Origin: an uncultured Collinsella sp.
GTDB lineage: Bacteria; Actinomycetota; Coriobacteriia; Coriobacteriales; Coriobacteriaceae
NCBI GenBank assembly: GCA_900554905.1
Contig: USJB01000001.1
Span: 1-35,044 of the forward strand
DNA: 35,044 nt
Direction: 5' to 3'
Every line of letters starts with the position of its first letter. Position 1 is the first letter of the stretch. This document shows positions 19,006 to 28,166 of this stretch, piece after piece. Made by a program: the position numbers and the translations under genes. A model generated the notes under the pieces. The model had not been told where the DNA came from, made no database searches, and worked only from the letters and a program-made list of their open reading frames with translations.

Positions 19006-19737
19006 ATGGCGATCGGAGCGCGTAAGCAACCGCTGTACGATCAGCTGGTCGATATTCTGACCGAAAAGATCGACCATGAATATCGCGCCGGTGACATGAT
19101 TCCTTCCGAGCGCGAACTTTCGGAGCGCTATGGTCTCTCGCGCACTACGGTACGCCTGGCTCTGCAGGAACTGGAGCGTTTAGGACTGGTGGTTCGGCAG
19201 CACGGTCGCGGTACCTTTGTGACCGACCGTTCGGCAAAGGCAACCAATCTTATGCAGTCCTACAGCTTTACCGAGCAGATGCGCGCGATGGGTCGAGAAC
19301 CCGAGACCACGATTCTCGAGTTTTGCGAGATGGAGGCCGATAAGAATCTGGCCGAGCATATGGGATTGCGTATCGGTGATCGCATTTTTAAGCTTAAGCG
19401 CCTTCGTTCTGCCGACAACATGCCCATGATGGTCGAACGCAGCTATCTACCAGTTCGTCAATTTTTGTCCCTAAAGCGACCGCTGCTGGAGCGTAAGCCG
19501 CTTTACGATGTGATTGAGCAAGACTTTCAGCAAAAGATACGCGTGGCCGAAGAGGAGTTCTATGCGAGCATAGCCCGTCCCACCGACGCTCACCTTTTGG
19601 GAATTGTCGAGGGCTCGCCTGTGCTCGATTTGGTCAGGACTACGTATAACGAGTCAAACGAGGTTGTGGAGTATACACTCTCGGTTGCTCGTGCCGATCA
19701 GTTTAAATACAAGGTTTACCACCAGCGTAGCGATTAG
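19006..19737 (+). CDS. GntR family (HutC/UTRA) transcriptional regulator
   Basis: IPSERELSERYGLSRTTVRLAL, GRGTFV, C-terminal UTRA domain. Confidence 0.95.
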   Translation: MAIGARKQPLYDQLVDILTEKIDHEYRAGDMIPSERELSERYGLSRTTVRLALQELERLGLVVRQHGRGTFVTDRSAKATNLMQSYSFTEQMRAMGREPETTILEFCEMEADKNLAEHMGLRIGDRIFKLKRLRSADNMPMMVERSYLPVRQFLSLKRPLLERKPLYDVIEQDFQQKIRVAEEEFYASIARPTDAHLLGIVEGSPVLDLVRTTYNESNEVVEYTLSVARADQFKYKVYHQRSD

Positions 19738-19774
19738 TGTCCGCATCGTTTCCATATGATGATTCTTTGCATTT

Positions 19775-19798
19775 AACTGGTTACTACCAGATAACCAA
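19775..19798. promoter_or_regulatory. Putative GntR operator upstream of agaS
   Basis: CTGGT-TACT-ACCAG palindrome plus TAACCA half-site; TATAAT at 19807-12. Confidence 0.7.
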
Positions 19799-19851
19799 CC
19801 GAAGTGTATAATTGCACGTCAGAGGATTACTTCTAGAGAGAGGTATTAGAA

Positions 19852-21018
19852 ATGTTCGAGAAGAGTGTCGAGGAGCTCACCGAGCTCGGCGCCCAGATCA
19901 CCACGGCCGAGATTGCTCAGCAGCCCGAGCTTTGGCGTGATACGCTCAACATCTATCGCGAGAACAAGGAGGCCATCGAGGCCTTCCTGGCCGAGGCTCG
20001 CGCTATGGGCGAGGGCCGTCTGTCCGTTGTCTTCACCGGTGCCGGTACGTCCGACTATGTTGGCGATACCTGCGCCCCGTACCTGCGTCACGCTGGCAAC
20101 ACTGATCTCTACGACTTTAAGCCCATCGCCACGACCGACATCGTGAGCGCCCCGCGCGACTTCCTACGCGCCGAGGATCCCACGCTCGTGGTTTCCTTCG
20201 CCCGCTCTGGCAACAGCCCCGAGAGCCTTGCCGCCGTTGCCGTTGCCAAGGAGCTCGTCCACAACGTCAAGTTCCTCAACATCACCTGCGCTCCCGAGGG
20301 CAAGCTCGCCGTCGAGTCTGCCGATGATCCCAACGCGCTGACGCTGCTCATTCCGCGCGCCAACGACAAGGGCTTCGCCATGACCGGTTCTTATTCCTGC
20401 ATGACCCTGCTCTCCACCCTTATTTTTGACACTGCCTCTGACGAGCAGAAGGCCGAGTGGGTCGAGACCATCGCCAAGATGGGCGAGGAGGTCATCTCCC
20501 GTGAGCCCGAGATCGCCGATTACCTGGCTGGCGACTTCAACCGCGTGACCTACCTGGGCTCCGGCTCCTTTGGCGGCCTTGCTCAGGAGAGCCAGCTTAA
20601 GATTCTCGAGCTTGCTCACGGCCTGGTTGCCACTTCTTACGACACCTCCATGGGCTATCGTCACGGACCTAAGTCCTTCGTCGACGATAAGACGCTCGTC
20701 TTCGTGTTCGTCAACAACGACGCCTACACCCGTCAGTACGACATCGACATCCTCAACGAGATCGGTGGCGACGAGATCGCTCAGCACACCATCGCCGTTC
20801 AGCAGGAAGGTGCCACCGTCTATGAGGGTGAGTCCTTCACCTTTAAGGGCTACGAGGCACTTCCCGAGGGCTACCTTGCTCTGCCGTTCGTGATGTTTGC
20901 CCAGGCTATCAGCCTGCTCAACTCCGTGCGCGTGGGCAACACGCCCGATACGCCGAGCCCCACCGGCACGGTCAACCGCGTGGTTAAGGGCGTGACGATT
21001 CACCCCTTCACCGCTTAA
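19852..21018 (+). CDS. agaS: AgaS-family SIS-domain galactosamine-6-phosphate isomerase/deaminase
   Basis: TTAEIAQQP, FTGAGTS, SFARSGNSPES, GFAMTGSYSCM, RHGPKS, PSPTGTVNRVVKGV. Confidence 0.93.
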   Translation: MFEKSVEELTELGAQITTAEIAQQPELWRDTLNIYRENKEAIEAFLAEARAMGEGRLSVVFTGAGTSDYVGDTCAPYLRHAGNTDLYDFKPIATTDIVSAPRDFLRAEDPTLVVSFARSGNSPESLAAVAVAKELVHNVKFLNITCAPEGKLAVESADDPNALTLLIPRANDKGFAMTGSYSCMTLLSTLIFDTASDEQKAEWVETIAKMGEEVISREPEIADYLAGDFNRVTYLGSGSFGGLAQESQLKILELAHGLVATSYDTSMGYRHGPKSFVDDKTLVFVFVNNDAYTRQYDIDILNEIGGDEIAQHTIAVQQEGATVYEGESFTFKGYEALPEGYLALPFVMFAQAISLLNSVRVGNTPDTPSPTGTVNRVVKGVTIHPFTA

Positions 21019-21036
21019 TCGCGTCCCCCTGTAAGG

Positions 21037-21078
21037 GCGCCCGTCCGCTCATAACGGCGGGCGGGCGCTTTTTGTTTT
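21037..21078 (+). terminator. Rho-independent terminator
   Basis: GCGCCCGTCCGC...GCGGGCGGGCGC followed by TTTTTGTTTT. Confidence 0.75.
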
Positions 21079-21135
21079 ACGTGAGCTGGGTATAAGCATC
21101 ACCACAGTCAACTGCTTTAGAAGCGAGGAGTGCAT

Positions 21136-22305
21136 ATGAGCACGTACGCAATTAAGGCTGACAAGTTCTTCTTGCCGGCAGGCCCGCAACTGGGCGGCTA
21201 TCTTATGGTCGAGGATGGCGTCTTTGGCGCCTGGCAGGCCGACGAGCCCTCTTGCGAGATTAAGGACTACACGGGATCGTGGATCGCACCGGGTATGGTC
21301 GATACTCACATCCATGGCTTCTACAACCACTCAACTACCGATAACGATCCCGAGGGCATCGATATCAGCTCGACCGAGCTCGCCCGTCGCGGCACCACCA
21401 GCTGGCTGCCCACGACGTTCACCGATGGCGTCGAGCAGATCAAGGACGCCTGCGCCGCCATCGCTCAGGCGGACGAGGGTCGCGGCCCCGACTTCTGCGG
21501 TGCTCGCATTCAGGGCATCTACCTGGAGGGCCCCTTCTTTACCATGAAGCACGTGGGTGCGCAGAACCCCGCTTACCTGATCGATCCCTCCGAGGAGGTC
21601 TTCGATCAGTGGCAGGAGGCTGCGGGTGGTCGCATCGTTAAGAGCGCCATGGCGGCCGAGCGCGACGGTGCCGCTGCTTATGCGGCTGCTCTGAATGCCA
21701 AGGGTGTGGTGACCAGCATCGGTCACTCCGACGCCACCTACGATGAGTGCATCGCCGCCATCAACGCCGGTGCCAGCTGCTTTACGCATACCTATAACGG
21801 TCAGCGCGGGCTGCATCACCGTGAGCCCGGTGTCGTGGGCGCTGCCATGTCCACGCCCGAGACCTACGCCGAGATCATCTGTGACGGCAAGCACGTTAAC
21901 CCTGCCGCCATCAAGGCGCTGCTGCAGGCAAAGGGCTGGCAGCATACGGTGCTCATCACCGACTGCCTTGGCTGCGGCGGCATGCCCGAGGGCAGCTACA
22001 CCAGTGGCGGCATGGACGTCATCATGAAGGACAACCTGTGCTGGCTCGCCGACGGCAAGAGCATTGCCGGCTCGGTGCTCACGCTTGCCCAGGGCGTCAA
22101 GAACATCGTTGACTGGGGCATCGCCAGCGCCGATATCGCCATTCGCATGGCAACCGAGGTGCCGGCACGCTCCGCGCACATCGAGGATAAGTGCGGCAGC
22201 ATCATGCCGGGTCGCGACGCCGACTTTGTCGTGTTCGACCATGAGCTCACCCTCGTCGAGACGTATGTTGGCGGCCAGAGCGTCGGCAACGCCTTTACCG
22301 AGTAA
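21136..22305 (+). CDS. nagA: N-acetylglucosamine/N-acetylgalactosamine-6-phosphate deacetylase
   Basis: PGMVDTHIHG, LEGPF, GHSDAT, THTYN, DGKHV, IAGS, G.I.PGRDAD; GAGGAG SD. Confidence 0.95.
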   Translation: MSTYAIKADKFFLPAGPQLGGYLMVEDGVFGAWQADEPSCEIKDYTGSWIAPGMVDTHIHGFYNHSTTDNDPEGIDISSTELARRGTTSWLPTTFTDGVEQIKDACAAIAQADEGRGPDFCGARIQGIYLEGPFFTMKHVGAQNPAYLIDPSEEVFDQWQEAAGGRIVKSAMAAERDGAAAYAAALNAKGVVTSIGHSDATYDECIAAINAGASCFTHTYNGQRGLHHREPGVVGAAMSTPETYAEIICDGKHVNPAAIKALLQAKGWQHTVLITDCLGCGGMPEGSYTSGGMDVIMKDNLCWLADGKSIAGSVLTLAQGVKNIVDWGIASADIAIRMATEVPARSAHIEDKCGSIMPGRDADFVVFDHELTLVETYVGGQSVGNAFTE

Positions 22306-22311
22306 CGATAG

Positions 22312-22349
22312 AAAAAGACGGCGGGCCCGAATCTGCTCGGACCCGCCGT
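22312..22349 (-). terminator. Terminator between convergent nagA and flavodoxin
   Basis: AAAAAG-ACGGCGGGCCCGA...TCGGACCCGCCGT. Confidence 0.7.
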
Positions 22350-22380
22350 ATGGGTTAAACGCTCAAAAGCACCTTCACAG

Positions 22381-22965
22381 TTACAGCTTGTTAGCGATCT
22401 TCTTTGCCGTGCGCTTAACGCCGGCCACCAGGCCTCCCGCAGGATGCTCCTTCTCGTATGCTAGGCGCTTTTCGCGCTTGGCGTACTCTTCGACGATGAT
22501 GTCGCCATACTCGTCTTCGATCTTGTCGAAGAAGTCGACGGCGCCCTTAATTTCCTCAGCGGTCGGGTGTCCCTTTTGGACACCGCCGGTGAGTTTGAAC
22601 GGCCCCCACGTATCAAAGCCGGGGCAGCCGTAGACACCCATAAAGATGGCCTGCCTCATGCGGCAGATGCCATCGATATCCTTGCCGTACCACTTGTTTT
22701 TGCCACCGTAGGTCATAAGGCCAAACACCTTGTCCTGCGGCTGCAACACGTTAGTGAGCACGCGTGCCATATCTTTGTCGATCTCGGAGTAATAGATGCC
22801 CGTGGCGACACCGATCAGATGATATTCGTGCAGGTTGGGATACTCGTTTTTGCCGAGCGCCTTGACGTCGAGGGTATCGATCTCGGGGTGTGCCTCGACG
22901 ATGGCGTCCACGAGCTTTTTCGTATTGCCGTGATGGCGCGAGGCGTAGAGGATGATGGTTCGCAT
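22381..22965 (-). CDS. Flavodoxin family protein
   Basis: IILYASRHHGNTKKL, GIYY, CPGFDTWGPFKLTGGVQKGHP. Confidence 0.88.
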   Translation of the reverse strand: MRTIILYASRHHGNTKKLVDAIVEAHPEIDTLDVKALGKNEYPNLHEYHLIGVATGIYYSEIDKDMARVLTNVLQPQDKVFGLMTYGGKNKWYGKDIDGICRMRQAIFMGVYGCPGFDTWGPFKLTGGVQKGHPTAEEIKGAVDFFDKIEDEYGDIIVEEYAKREKRLAYEKEHPAGGLVAGVKRTAKKIANKL

Positions 22966-23123
22966 AAGAAGGCCTTTCAGCTGTAATTGCATCAATGTCT
23001 GTATGGTACCCCGTTACATGGCTGGGATACCGGACGCATCGATGAACGTGCGGGTTTGTCCTTTGGTCAGGGCCGAGACGGGTTCTTGCGAGCAAAAAAA
23101 GCAGTTGTTCGAAAGGATGGGCA

Positions 23124-24005
23124 ATGGAATACGCTCTCTCCAACGATTCGATTTCTATTAAGGTGTCCACGGCTGGTGGTTCGTTTACCTCGATCGAGGC
23201 CGGAGGTCGCGAGTATCTGTGGCAGGGCGATCCCGCCGTGTGGTCCGGCCAGGCACCGATTTGCTTCCCGATTTGCGGAGGCTTGCGCGATAACAACGCC
23301 ATGACGTTTGCCGGGCATCATGTAAAGCTCGCTCGCCATGGGTTTGCGCGCAAACAGGAGTGGAAGCTGCTGAGCCAGAGCGAGAACGAGCTGGCGATGT
23401 GCCTGGCTTCGGAGGATAACGCCGCGCTGCTGAGCGATTATCCGTATCCGTTTAAGCTTGTCGCCCGCTATACGCTCGAGGACGCTGCCGTGCGCGTTTC
23501 CTACGAGGTCACCAACGAGGGCACCGAGGACATGCCGTTCTTTATCGGCGGTCATCCCGGCTTTAGGTGTCCGCTCGATGAGGGCGAGGCCTATACGGAC
23601 TACGAGTTGCGCTTTGAGAAGGACGAGGCTGCGGAGCTCTGCACCGCTGTCCCTTCGACTGGCTTGATTGATGTGGACAGGCGCTCCAAGAACCCCATGG
23701 TTGGAAAGACGCTGCCTCTGTCACATGAGCTCTTCGATTTTGCGGAGACCATCTTTGATGTGCTCGAGAGCCGTCAGGTCACGCTTTCCAAGAAGGGCGA
23801 GGACAAAGGCGTTTGCCTGAGCTTTGAGGGCTTCCCGTATCTCATTGTGTGGAGTAAGCCCGAGGGCGATTTTGTGGCAGTTGAACCCTGGGGCGGCCTT
23901 TCGACCTGCTCCGATGAGGACGACGTGCTTGAGCACAAGCGCGGCTGCCTTATCGCCAAGCCCAAGGATACCGTCGTTCGCTCGTTCACGATTGAGATTC
24001 TGTAA
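23124..24005 (+). CDS. lacX: Aldose 1-epimerase family protein (LacX-like)
   Basis: EYLWQGDPAVWSGQAPICFPICG, RHGFAR, YPYPFKL, GGHPGF, FVAVEPW. Confidence 0.88.
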   Translation: MEYALSNDSISIKVSTAGGSFTSIEAGGREYLWQGDPAVWSGQAPICFPICGGLRDNNAMTFAGHHVKLARHGFARKQEWKLLSQSENELAMCLASEDNAALLSDYPYPFKLVARYTLEDAAVRVSYEVTNEGTEDMPFFIGGHPGFRCPLDEGEAYTDYELRFEKDEAAELCTAVPSTGLIDVDRRSKNPMVGKTLPLSHELFDFAETIFDVLESRQVTLSKKGEDKGVCLSFEGFPYLIVWSKPEGDFVAVEPWGGLSTCSDEDDVLEHKRGCLIAKPKDTVVRSFTIEIL

Positions 24006-24064
24006 TTCCGTTTTGTCGACTCGTATCGCGAGGCACAAGGAGCCTGCGAGATAAGGAGCTAAAA

Positions 24065-25000
24065 ATGATCCTCACCGTTACGATGAACCCGTCTGTCGAT
24101 ACGCGCTATCAGCTCGATGAACTCGTCATCGACGACGTCAACCGCGTGACACCCGAAAAGACCGCCGGCGGCAAGGGCCTTAACGTTGCCCGCGTCCTGG
24201 GCCAGCTGGGCGACGACGTTGTGGCAACCGGCCTGCTCGGCGGCCACATGGGCGCCTATATGGCTGAGCTCATGGACGCCAACGGTATTAACAACGACTT
24301 TGTGCCCATCAAGGGCGAGACTCGAATTTGCCTCAACATCCTCCACGCCGGCAACCAGACCGAGCTGCTCGAGAGCGGCCCGACAATTGCCCCCGAGGAG
24401 CTCGATGCCTTTACCGCCAAGTTTACCGAGCTTGCAGGTAAGGCCGACGTCGTCACCGTCTCGGGTTCGCTGCCCCGCGGCGTCGAGGCGGACTACTACG
24501 CCAAGATCACGGGCATTGCCGAGAACGCCGGAGCCAAGGTGCTGCTCGATACCTCGGGTGCCTCGCTCGAGGCTGCGCTCAAGTCCGAGGTTAAGCCCGA
24601 GCTGGTCAAGCCTAACCTGACCGAGATCAACGGCCTTCTGGGTACGAGCTTTACCACCGACGATGTGGATGAGCTCCGCGCCGCGCTCGCCTCTGACGCC
24701 CGCTTCTCCGATATCCCCTGGGTCGTCGTGTCCATGGGCGCTGCCGGCTCCGTTGGCTTCCACAATGGCCGTGCGTTCCGCGCAAAGACGCCCGATATCC
24801 CTGCCGTTAACGCAACGGGCTCTGGTGACTCCACTATCGCAGGCTTCGCGCATGCCATCGCTGCTGGCGCAGACGACGAGACGGTGCTGCGAACCGCCAA
24901 CACTTGCGGCAAGCTCAACGCCATGGATCCTATGACCGGCCATCTGGTCATGGACCGTTGGGACGAGGTCTACAACGGCGTTGTCGTGACCGAGCTGTAA
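24065..25000 (+). CDS. lacC: 1-phosphofructokinase family kinase, probably tagatose-6-phosphate kinase
   Basis: ILTVTMNPSVD, AGGKGLNVARV, SGSLP, KPNLTE, NATGSGDS; lies in the aga cluster. Confidence 0.85.
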   Translation: MILTVTMNPSVDTRYQLDELVIDDVNRVTPEKTAGGKGLNVARVLGQLGDDVVATGLLGGHMGAYMAELMDANGINNDFVPIKGETRICLNILHAGNQTELLESGPTIAPEELDAFTAKFTELAGKADVVTVSGSLPRGVEADYYAKITGIAENAGAKVLLDTSGASLEAALKSEVKPELVKPNLTEINGLLGTSFTTDDVDELRAALASDARFSDIPWVVVSMGAAGSVGFHNGRAFRAKTPDIPAVNATGSGDSTIAGFAHAIAAGADDETVLRTANTCGKLNAMDPMTGHLVMDRWDEVYNGVVVTEL

Positions 25001-25014
25001 GGGCTTGGGCGTCG

Positions 25015-25165
25015 GTCCCGGCATCGCTTGCTAGCTCATGTCGACGACAAGTGCGATAGCATTATGTCGGGGCGCGACGCCGACGTTGTCGTGTTCAATC
25101 CCGACCTTACCCTGGTCGAGACGTATGTGGGCGGCAACAGCGTCGGTAACGCGTTTATCGAGTAG
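25015..25165 (+). pseudogene. Relic 3' fragment of nagA
   Basis: 25034-25165 translates to AHVDDKCDSIMSGRDADVVVFNPDLTLVETYVGGNSVGNAFIE*, 33/43 identical to the nagA C-terminus (22174-22305); upstream VPA codons are out of frame. Confidence 0.92.
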
Positions 25166-25197
25166 CCGCCAAAGAAACGATCCGAGAGGGGATTTAG

Positions 25198-25671
25198 ATG
25201 ATTTACGGTGCATTGGGCGATATCGAGGAATACCGCGGAATGCTCAAGGGCCTCGATGTGCTGATTGACTGGCTCGAGGAGAACGATCCGGCGCAGCTCG
25301 AGGTCGGCAGCCATCCGATTCTGGGCGACAAGGTCTATGCGAACGTCATGGCTCCCACGACGCGTCCCGAGGCCGAGGCTCACTATGAGACGCATCAGCG
25401 CTATCACGACCTGCAGATTGACGTCGAGGGTCGCGAGGCCTTTAAGGTTGCCACGGGCAGCCTGACGCTGGTCCAGGAGTTTGACGAGAAGGACGACTAC
25501 GACCTGGTCGATTCCGACGCTTCGATCGCCGGCGATCTTGCTGACGACAAGTTTGCGCTGTTTGTCGCCGGCGAGCCTCACATGCCCACGCTCGAGTTCC
25601 CGGGCGATGGCGCACAGCCGGTCAAGAAGATCTGCTTTAAGCTGCTTGCAGACGCTTACTGGGAAGAGTAG
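25198..25671 (+). CDS. YhcH/YjgK/YiaL family protein
   Basis: YETHQRYHDLQ..VEGRE, FALF..GEPHMP, VKKICFK. Confidence 0.9.
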   Translation: MIYGALGDIEEYRGMLKGLDVLIDWLEENDPAQLEVGSHPILGDKVYANVMAPTTRPEAEAHYETHQRYHDLQIDVEGREAFKVATGSLTLVQEFDEKDDYDLVDSDASIAGDLADDKFALFVAGEPHMPTLEFPGDGAQPVKKICFKLLADAYWEE

Positions 25672-25833
25672 CGCGCTGCTCGTGAGCTAGCGTGATTTCC
25701 CTTGGGGAACGCGTTTGAGCCCCGCTGATCGCGGTCCCCTTGGGGATTGCGGTTGGCGGGGCTTGTTGTTGAGTAGGGGAGTTGCCGACGGCGTTGTGCT
25801 TGGATTGGCGGATGCGCGCTCGAAATCGGCAAC

Positions 25834-25856
25834 AAAAAAGCCGCCCGAAGGCGGCT
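25834..25856 (-). terminator. tRNA terminator
   Basis: Minus strand AGCCGCC-TTCG-GGCGGC followed by TTTTTT. Confidence 0.85.
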
Positions 25857-25867
25857 ATCTTGTGCAA

Positions 25868-25943
25868 TGGAGCCAGCGACCGGGCTCGAACCGGTGACCC
25901 CCGCTTTACGAGAGCGGTGCTCTACCAACTGAGCTACGCTGGC
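25868..25943 (-). tRNA. tRNA-Thr(CGT)
   Basis: GCCAGCGTAGCTCAGTTGGTAGAGCA-CCGCT-CTCGTAA-AGCGG-GGGTC-ACCGGTTCGAGCCCGGT-CGCTGGCTCCA; 76 nt, CCA encoded. Confidence 0.97.
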
Positions 25944-25982
25944 GGCCATGTGGTGACGCAACTGAGGCGTCAACGGCTGTCT

Positions 25983-26011
25983 ATGATACGGGACATCACA
26001 AATCCGCGCAA
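25983..26011 (-). promoter_or_regulatory. tRNA promoter
   Basis: Minus strand TTGCGC-17 bp-TATCAT. Confidence 0.65.
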
Positions 26012-26100
26012 GTGCTCTGACGGCTTTTCTCACTTTAAATGCACTAATATTGGAGGCGTGATGTCTTGCTCTTACGGGTCTCAAGCAGAATGGGGCAGTG

Positions 26101-26583
26101 ATGGCTCAACCCAGGATCCTTCTCACGCGTATCGATGACCGTTTCATTTACGGGCAAGACGTTGAGCTGTGGAACGAAGCCGTGGGCTCCAACCTTGTCC
26201 TAATCGTCAACGACGAGATTGCGGCTGATTCGCGCAAGTGGGCGCCTATGAGGGTCGCGGCGCCAGAGGGCGTGTGGACGCGGTTTTTCTCGGTGCAAAG
26301 GACCATCGACATCATTCATACTGCAACGCCGCGCCAATGGATTCTCATCATGGTGGCGTCGCCCGCGGATGCGCTCGCGCTGGTCAAGGGCGGTGTGCCA
26401 ATAACCAAGATCAGCATCGGCCATATGCAGGTGGGGGAGGGCAAGCGCCCCATAACGCCCGCGGTCGCCATAGACGATGCCGACGTTGCCGCCCTCAAAG
26501 AGCTGCAAGAACTCGGCATAGAGCTAGAAATCCGCTATCTCCCCAGTTCCGCCCCCGATCCCATCGACAATCTGTTCAACTGA
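26101..26583 (+). CDS. Orphan PTS EIIB paralogue (AgaV-like) with His-to-Tyr change at the phosphorylation site
   Basis: Colinear with 16375-16857 (TRFFS, LVKGGVPI, KELQELG) but reads RIDDRFIYGQD instead of RIDNRLVHGQV. Confidence 0.88.
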   Translation: MAQPRILLTRIDDRFIYGQDVELWNEAVGSNLVLIVNDEIAADSRKWAPMRVAAPEGVWTRFFSVQRTIDIIHTATPRQWILIMVASPADALALVKGGVPITKISIGHMQVGEGKRPITPAVAIDDADVAALKELQELGIELEIRYLPSSAPDPIDNLFN

Positions 26584-26650
26584 TCCCTTGGGGACGGAGG
26601 AAAACGGATCATTTTGCCCTTGCGAGGGACGCGCGCGATGCCGCCTGTCA

Positions 26651-26802
26651 AAAACTATGCCCATTTACTACGTTTGATCGGTTATCGCCGAGCATGTCGA
26701 ATTTGAGAAAAACAAAACCGCAGGTAGACGGCTCGCGCATTTAACAAAAACCGGTGCATGGTCGAGCATCCCGGGCTAAGCGTAGTAAATGGGCATAGTT
26801 TT
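26651..26802. repeat. Inverted-repeat element (22-bp perfect arms)
   Basis: AAAACTATGCCCATTTACTACG (26651-72) and its reverse complement (26781-802), with CAAAACCGCAGGTAGA in the centre. Confidence 0.9.
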
Positions 26803-26847
26803 GATATGTCACTCATACAGTCACAGCGAAAAAGAGCCCAAAAGATG

Positions 26848-26881
26848 AAAAACGCCCGTCGGCGGTGTGCCGGCGGGCGTT
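26848..26881 (-). terminator. galM terminator
   Basis: AAAAACGCCCGTCGGC-GGTGT-GCCGGCGGGCGTT. Confidence 0.75.
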
Positions 26882-26907
26882 GCTGTGCGATATGTCGCGT
26901 TGTGGGC

Positions 26908-27960
26908 CTAGTGCCTCATAAAGTGGTATTCGATCACATTGCTGTAGGGATGACCGGGGCCCACGATGCCCTGGGGGAACAGCGCATGGTGCGGCGTGTC
27001 AGGATACATTTCGGCCTCGAGGGCAAAGCCGGCGCCCCAACCATAGTTGGCATCGTCTTTGGCGTGTTCGTCGCCCAGCCAGTTGCCGGTGTAGAGCTGC
27101 ACGCCCGGGGCAGTGGTGTAATAGTCCAGCTCACGGCCGGTCCACATCTCCTCGACGTGCATCGCGCGGCGCAGATTACGGCCGTACTGATAGCCATCGA
27201 TGCACAGGCAGTGGTCGTAGCCACGGGCCTGCTTAATCTGCGGGTCGTCGGCTTCCATGCCGGGCGCGACGGGGCGCAGCTCACGGAAGTCAAACGGCGT
27301 GCCCTCGACCGGAGCGATCTCTCCGGTGGGGATATTCTGCTCGTTGATGGGCAGGTAGTGGGCAGCGTTAGCAACAAAGAAGTGCTCACAGTCCATGCCG
27401 GCGTTGTGACCGGCAAGGTTAAAGTACGTGTGGTTGGTCATGGACACGTACGTGACGCGGTCGCTCTCACAGCCATATTCGATACGGAAGCAGCCGGTGC
27501 GCGTCACGGTAAACACGGCCGTAAAGGTGCGGTTGCCGGGAAGGCCCAGCTCACCGTCCTCAAGCGAGGTGGTCATGCGCACGGCATTGTGGACCTCGTC
27601 GAGCTCAACGTCCCATACGCGCTTGTGCAGACCATGCTCAAGATCGCCGTGCAGGTTGTTGGCGCCCTCGTTGGCGGGCATATGCCAGTCCGTGCCGGCG
27701 ATGGTGATCGTGGCACCTGCAGTGCGGTTGGCCACAGGTCCGATGGTCGCGCCAAAGCAGGCGGGGTTGTCAAAGTAATCCTCGAGCTTATCGAAGCCCA
27801 GCACCACATCGCGCACGTTGCCGGGGATATCGGGCACGTCGATGCCCAACACGGTGGCGCCATAGTCCATAATGCGAACGCAGATCTCGGGCCCGTTGAG
27901 GGTGTAACAATGAACGGGGGTACCGCACGGCGCGGTGCCGAAAAGCTCGGAAGTGATCAT
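26908..27960 (-). CDS. galM: Aldose 1-epimerase (galactose mutarotase)
   Basis: DVVLGFD, FGATIGPVANR, NNLHG, TNHTYFNL, GYDHC, PGVQLYTGN. Confidence 0.94.
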   Translation of the reverse strand: MITSELFGTAPCGTPVHCYTLNGPEICVRIMDYGATVLGIDVPDIPGNVRDVVLGFDKLEDYFDNPACFGATIGPVANRTAGATITIAGTDWHMPANEGANNLHGDLEHGLHKRVWDVELDEVHNAVRMTTSLEDGELGLPGNRTFTAVFTVTRTGCFRIEYGCESDRVTYVSMTNHTYFNLAGHNAGMDCEHFFVANAAHYLPINEQNIPTGEIAPVEGTPFDFRELRPVAPGMEADDPQIKQARGYDHCLCIDGYQYGRNLRRAMHVEEMWTGRELDYYTTAPGVQLYTGNWLGDEHAKDDANYGWGAGFALEAEMYPDTPHHALFPQGIVGPGHPYSNVIEYHFMRH

Positions 27961-28166
27961 TTGGTTCCTAACATCGAGGTATTTCGGACAAACTGTAGCG
28001 CGAACAGGCGAGATTATCACTACACCCCACTAAAGCAGGGGGTATTTTTCTCAAAAAAGTGATGATTGGAGCTGTGCGGGCGTTCATTTTTGACGCGTGC
28101 GAGTCTGATACAATTTGTTCGTTACTGTTTGAATGATATGCGCGCAAAGAACGGCGAGGATTCATC

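Noticed and set aside
25868..25943. tRNA-Thr as integration site of an island
   Set aside because: No duplicate of the tRNA 3' end and no integrase found in the window.
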